From Ostrea edulis (Eukaryota), in NCBI RefSeq assembly GCF_947568905.1, contig NC_079167.1:17856001-17920000 (forward strand): a stretch of DNA of 64,000 bases, written 5' to 3'. Below, piece by piece: positions 60,733-64,000 of this stretch. The notes beneath the pieces were generated by a model that saw only the letters and a program-made list of their open reading frames with translations, did not search any database and was not told the origin of the DNA. Position 1 is the first letter of the stretch. Each line of letters starts with the position of its first letter. The position numbers were made by a program, and so were the translations under genes.

Positions 60733-61954
60733 GTAAGTAGTGATTACAATCAATCAGATGTATCATCATTGTAAGTAGTGATTACAATCGATCAGACCTA
60801 TCATCATTGTAAGTAGTGATTACAATCAATCAGATCTATCATCATTGTAAGTAGTGATTAAAATCAATCAGATGTATCATCATTGTAAGTAGTAATTACA
60901 ATCAATCAGATGTATCATCATTGTAAGTAGTGATTACAATCGATCAGACCTATCATCATTGTAAGTAGTGATTACAATCGATCAGACCTATCATCATTGT
61001 AAGTAGTGATTACAATCGATCAGACCTATCATCATTGTAAGTAGTGATTACAATCAATCCTACCTATCATCATTGTAAGTAGTGATTACAATCAATCCTA
61101 CCTATCATCATTGTAAGCAGTGATTACAATCAATCCGACCTATCATCATTGTAAGCAGTAATTACAATCAATCCGACCTATCATCATTGTAAGTAGTGAT
61201 TACAATCAATCCTACCTATCATCATTGTAAGTAGTGATTACAATCAATCCTACCTATCATCATTGTAAGTAGTGATTACAATCAATCCTACCTATCATCA
61301 TTGTAAGTAGTGATTACAATCGATCCTACCTATCATCATTGTAAGTAGTGATTACAATCAATCAGGCCTATCATCATTGTAAGTAGTGATTACAATCAAT
61401 CCGACCTATCATCATTGTAAGTAGTGATTACAATCGATCAGACCTATCATCATTGTAAGTAGTGATTACAATCAATCAGGCCTATCATCATTGTAAGTAG
61501 TGATTACAATCAATCCGACCTATCATCATTGTAAGTAGTGATTACAATCAATCCGATCATTGTAAGTAGTGATTACAATCAATCAGATGTATCATCATTG
61601 TAAGTAGTGATTACAATCAATCCGACCTATCATCATTGTAAGCAGTGATTACAATCAATCCGATCATTGTAAGTAGTGATTACAATCGATCAGATGTATC
61701 ATCATTGTAAGTAGTGATTACAATCGATCAGATCATTGTAAGTAGTGATTACAATCAATCAGACCTATCATCATTGTAAGTAGTGATTACAATCGATCAG
61801 ACCTATCATCATTGTAAGTAGTGATTACAATCGATCAGATGTATCATCATTGTAAGCAGTGATTACAATCAATCCGATCATTGTAAGCAGTGATTACAAT
61901 CAATCCGATCATTGTAAGCAGTGATTACAATCAATCCGATCATTTTAAGTAGTG
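60703..61954 (+). repeat. 38-bp minisatellite (some 31-bp units), ~33 copies, spanning the P450 exon 3 donor site
   Basis: Unit ATTACAATCGATCAGATGTATTATCATT|GTAAGTAGTG; the first copy is the exon end plus its donor. Confidence 0.95.
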
Positions 61955-62033
61955 AACTGAACAACTGAAAGTAGTGAACTGAACAATACTTTTAAGTCAG
62001 ATGTGTGAAATAAATGGAAAAATATAGATGTAA

Positions 62034-62470
62034 GGTGACTAACTACACCTTGAAAGAGTTTATCAAATCAGCACAAAATGATTTAAGCATGATAGATATG
62101 GTGATATGTATTAAGTACATATGTGAGAAAGGCAAAAAATATGCAATTTTTGGGAAAAACATGAATTTCAATTTTACTTATTTACATTGATATAAACAAA
62201 AGATACTAGCGGATTTGAACTCGAGATCTGCGGATCAGTAACCGGATACCTTATCCACTGAGCTACATGTACATAGATATACAATCAAATGAATCGATAC
62301 AAATAATTCCACAAAACATTTAAGTCCTCATCTTATGGTGTAGTGTCATAAAATGTGGAAGTTAATTGATGTAGTAAAGACGGTTTCATTCAAGTGTAAG
62401 ATGGGAGGGGGAGGGGGGGGGGAGTAGTTTTTAATACTTCTGAAATTGCTCCATAGGTGGTGGAGATTAG
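62034..62470 (+). mobile_element. Kolobok-like element with an internal antisense tRNA-like segment (62205-62268)
   Basis: Homologous to 41281-41560. The minus strand reads TAGCTCAGTGGATAAGG...GAGTTCAAATCC (A and B boxes). Confidence 0.55.
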
Positions 62471-63405
62471 ATCTTGATTGATTTGGTGATGAGTATTTCT
62501 AGAATTTACTGATATTACCTAGGGCTATGATTCGGTACGGTATGTAACAAGAGATGGTATGTAACCGTAGCACGAATGACGACGCTATGTAACAATATTA
62601 CAGTTTAAGCTCACCTAAGCCAAAGACTCAAGTGGGATTTTCTAATAAGAATCTGTCCATTGTTTGTTGTCATTATCGTAAACTTTTCACAGTTTCATCA
62701 TCAGAATCTCCAGAACCACCTGGTCATTTTCAAGCAAACTTGGAAAAGAATATCATTGGGTGAAAGGTATTCACATTTGTTCAAATGAAGGGATATCTGA
62801 GACCCCTTTCAAAGGAAAATGATCAAGAAAGGGCAAAAATAGGGTGGTGTCATTCAAAATCTTTAAAAATCTTCTCAAGAACTGCAGAACCAGAAAAGAT
62901 GAAACTTATGTGGAAGCTTCTGACTTAAAATGAAGATCAACGATTGTCTAAATCATGAAACACGGGGTAGAGTGAGGTTACAACAGGGGATTAAAGTTTT
63001 AATGAGATTTATAGGAAAAATATTGAAAAAAATTCACCAAAACAGCAGGGCCATAATCATTGATATGCTTGCCAAACATCCCAGGTAGTTTAGATTCATG
63101 TTTGGTCAAATCAATACCCTCGGGGTAAGTTTAGACTGCAATACAGAGTCAAATTATGTTGTAAAGGGGGTGGGTGGGGGATATTGGGGTGAAAATCTTC
63201 TCATGAACAGGGCAAATATTCCTTGGGACGATAGAATATTTACATAGAAAAGAAAACAAAATAGAAAATGAAACTAACACTACAACTGAACTACAAAAGC
63301 TGATAACAAGCAAAATGTCTACATATTAAAATCATCAAGTGTAATATGTAGCACTAGAAAAGTCTGATCTAATCGAGCATCAAGATCGAACTGAAGTGAT
63401 CAGTT

Positions 63406-63482
63406 CTGCGCTGAATCAAGTCAAAAACAAAGAACGAGTTTTTGGTGAACTTGTTCTTTGTTTTTGACTTGATCCAGCGTAG
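63406..63482. repeat. 77-bp near-perfect hairpin
   Basis: CTGCGCTGAATCAAGTCAAAAACAAAGAACGAGTT / AACTTGTTCTTTGTTTTTGACTTGATCCAGCGTAG. Confidence 0.8.
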
Positions 63483-63813
63483 TCCATCTCCTGTTTTATT
63501 TTTTTTTTTTTTTTTAATGTTTTAATATGTAGCGCATCTCCTGGTGGTTTTTTTGTTTTATGTGTTATACATGTTTACAAATTGTGTTTTCTTATTTCTT
63601 GTTATCTCCCATAGACTATAGCTCAGCTTTAATCATGAGATGTGCAGTGTGAAATCAGTTTTTTAGTGACTGTAGAGGGCCAAAATAAGGCCCCATTCCC
63701 AATGCTAAACAGCAGGTATTTTCAAAATTCTTGCTTTAAATTTCCCTAAAATGGAAATGCTTGCCAGAGGATAAAGATCCTGGATTCAGATGTCTTCAAG
63801 TGTGAAGACATTC

Positions 63814-63961
63814 AAGGAGGGAGGAATGTGGCAGTCAGATGGGTTTGATTGTTGGTGGCCAGTTAGTTCAGTTAGCAGAACAGTGCTGACTGGAGATTCA
63901 CGGGGCACAGGTTTAAATCCCGGTCTGGTCAGTGTTGCCATTTCCTCCCTTGTTCTTACCA
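63814..63961 (+). mobile_element. Polypurine tract plus tRNA-like 3' LTR of a second, older Helenus-like TRIM
   Basis: AAGGAGGGAGGAA|TGTGGCAG, then an A-box-like TAGTTCAGTTAG and a B-box-like GGTTTAAATCCC. The 5' LTR was not found. Confidence 0.55.
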
Positions 63962-64000
63962 TGCAGTCTTTCAACATATGGTTATAAATCTCATAGTCAT

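Noticed and set aside
59258-61954. CRISPR-like appearance of the regular repeat arrays (also 25105-25775)
   Set aside because: Units are contiguous without unique spacers, there are no cas genes, and the context is eukaryotic introns.
63790-63987. ORF after a CAG that might be P450 exon 4
   Set aside because: No P450 C-helix (WxxxR) or related motif; it overlaps the PPT and tRNA-like LTR remnant.

Overview
This is AT-rich, intron-rich eukaryotic DNA. It is most likely from an oyster (Ostreidae), because it carries ~166-bp Cg170/HindIII-type satellite arrays inside Helentron-like (HINE) elements. I assembled four spliced protein-coding genes by hand from GT-AG sites and reading-frame phase. 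(1) An uncharacterised 476-aa type-I membrane protein with signal peptide, EGF-like module, furin-like Cys repeat, TM helix, helical cytoplasmic domain and Tyr-rich tail (+, 2749-14654). (2) A small basic orphan protein (-, 28197 to ~23853), head-to-head with (3) a complete 470-aa G3BP orthologue (+, 33921-43447). (4) The first three coding exons of a cytochrome P450 (+, 53632-60732), which continues beyond the window. The rest is transposon and tandem-repeat DNA: HINE/satellite arrays, SINEs, several MITEs with readable target-site duplications (TSDs of 2, 3, 5, 6, 8 and 8-10 bp), decayed Tx1, CR1/L2 and Tc1 fragments, and minisatellites. There is no CRISPR array, rRNA or genuine tRNA gene. 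The most unusual observations are a ~33-copy array that multiplies a P450 splice donor, a complete tRNA-in-LTR miniature retrotransposon (Helenus-like TRIM), tiny near-perfect foldback insertions with long TSDs, and the two orphan proteins. All calls were made by eye; no database search was run.
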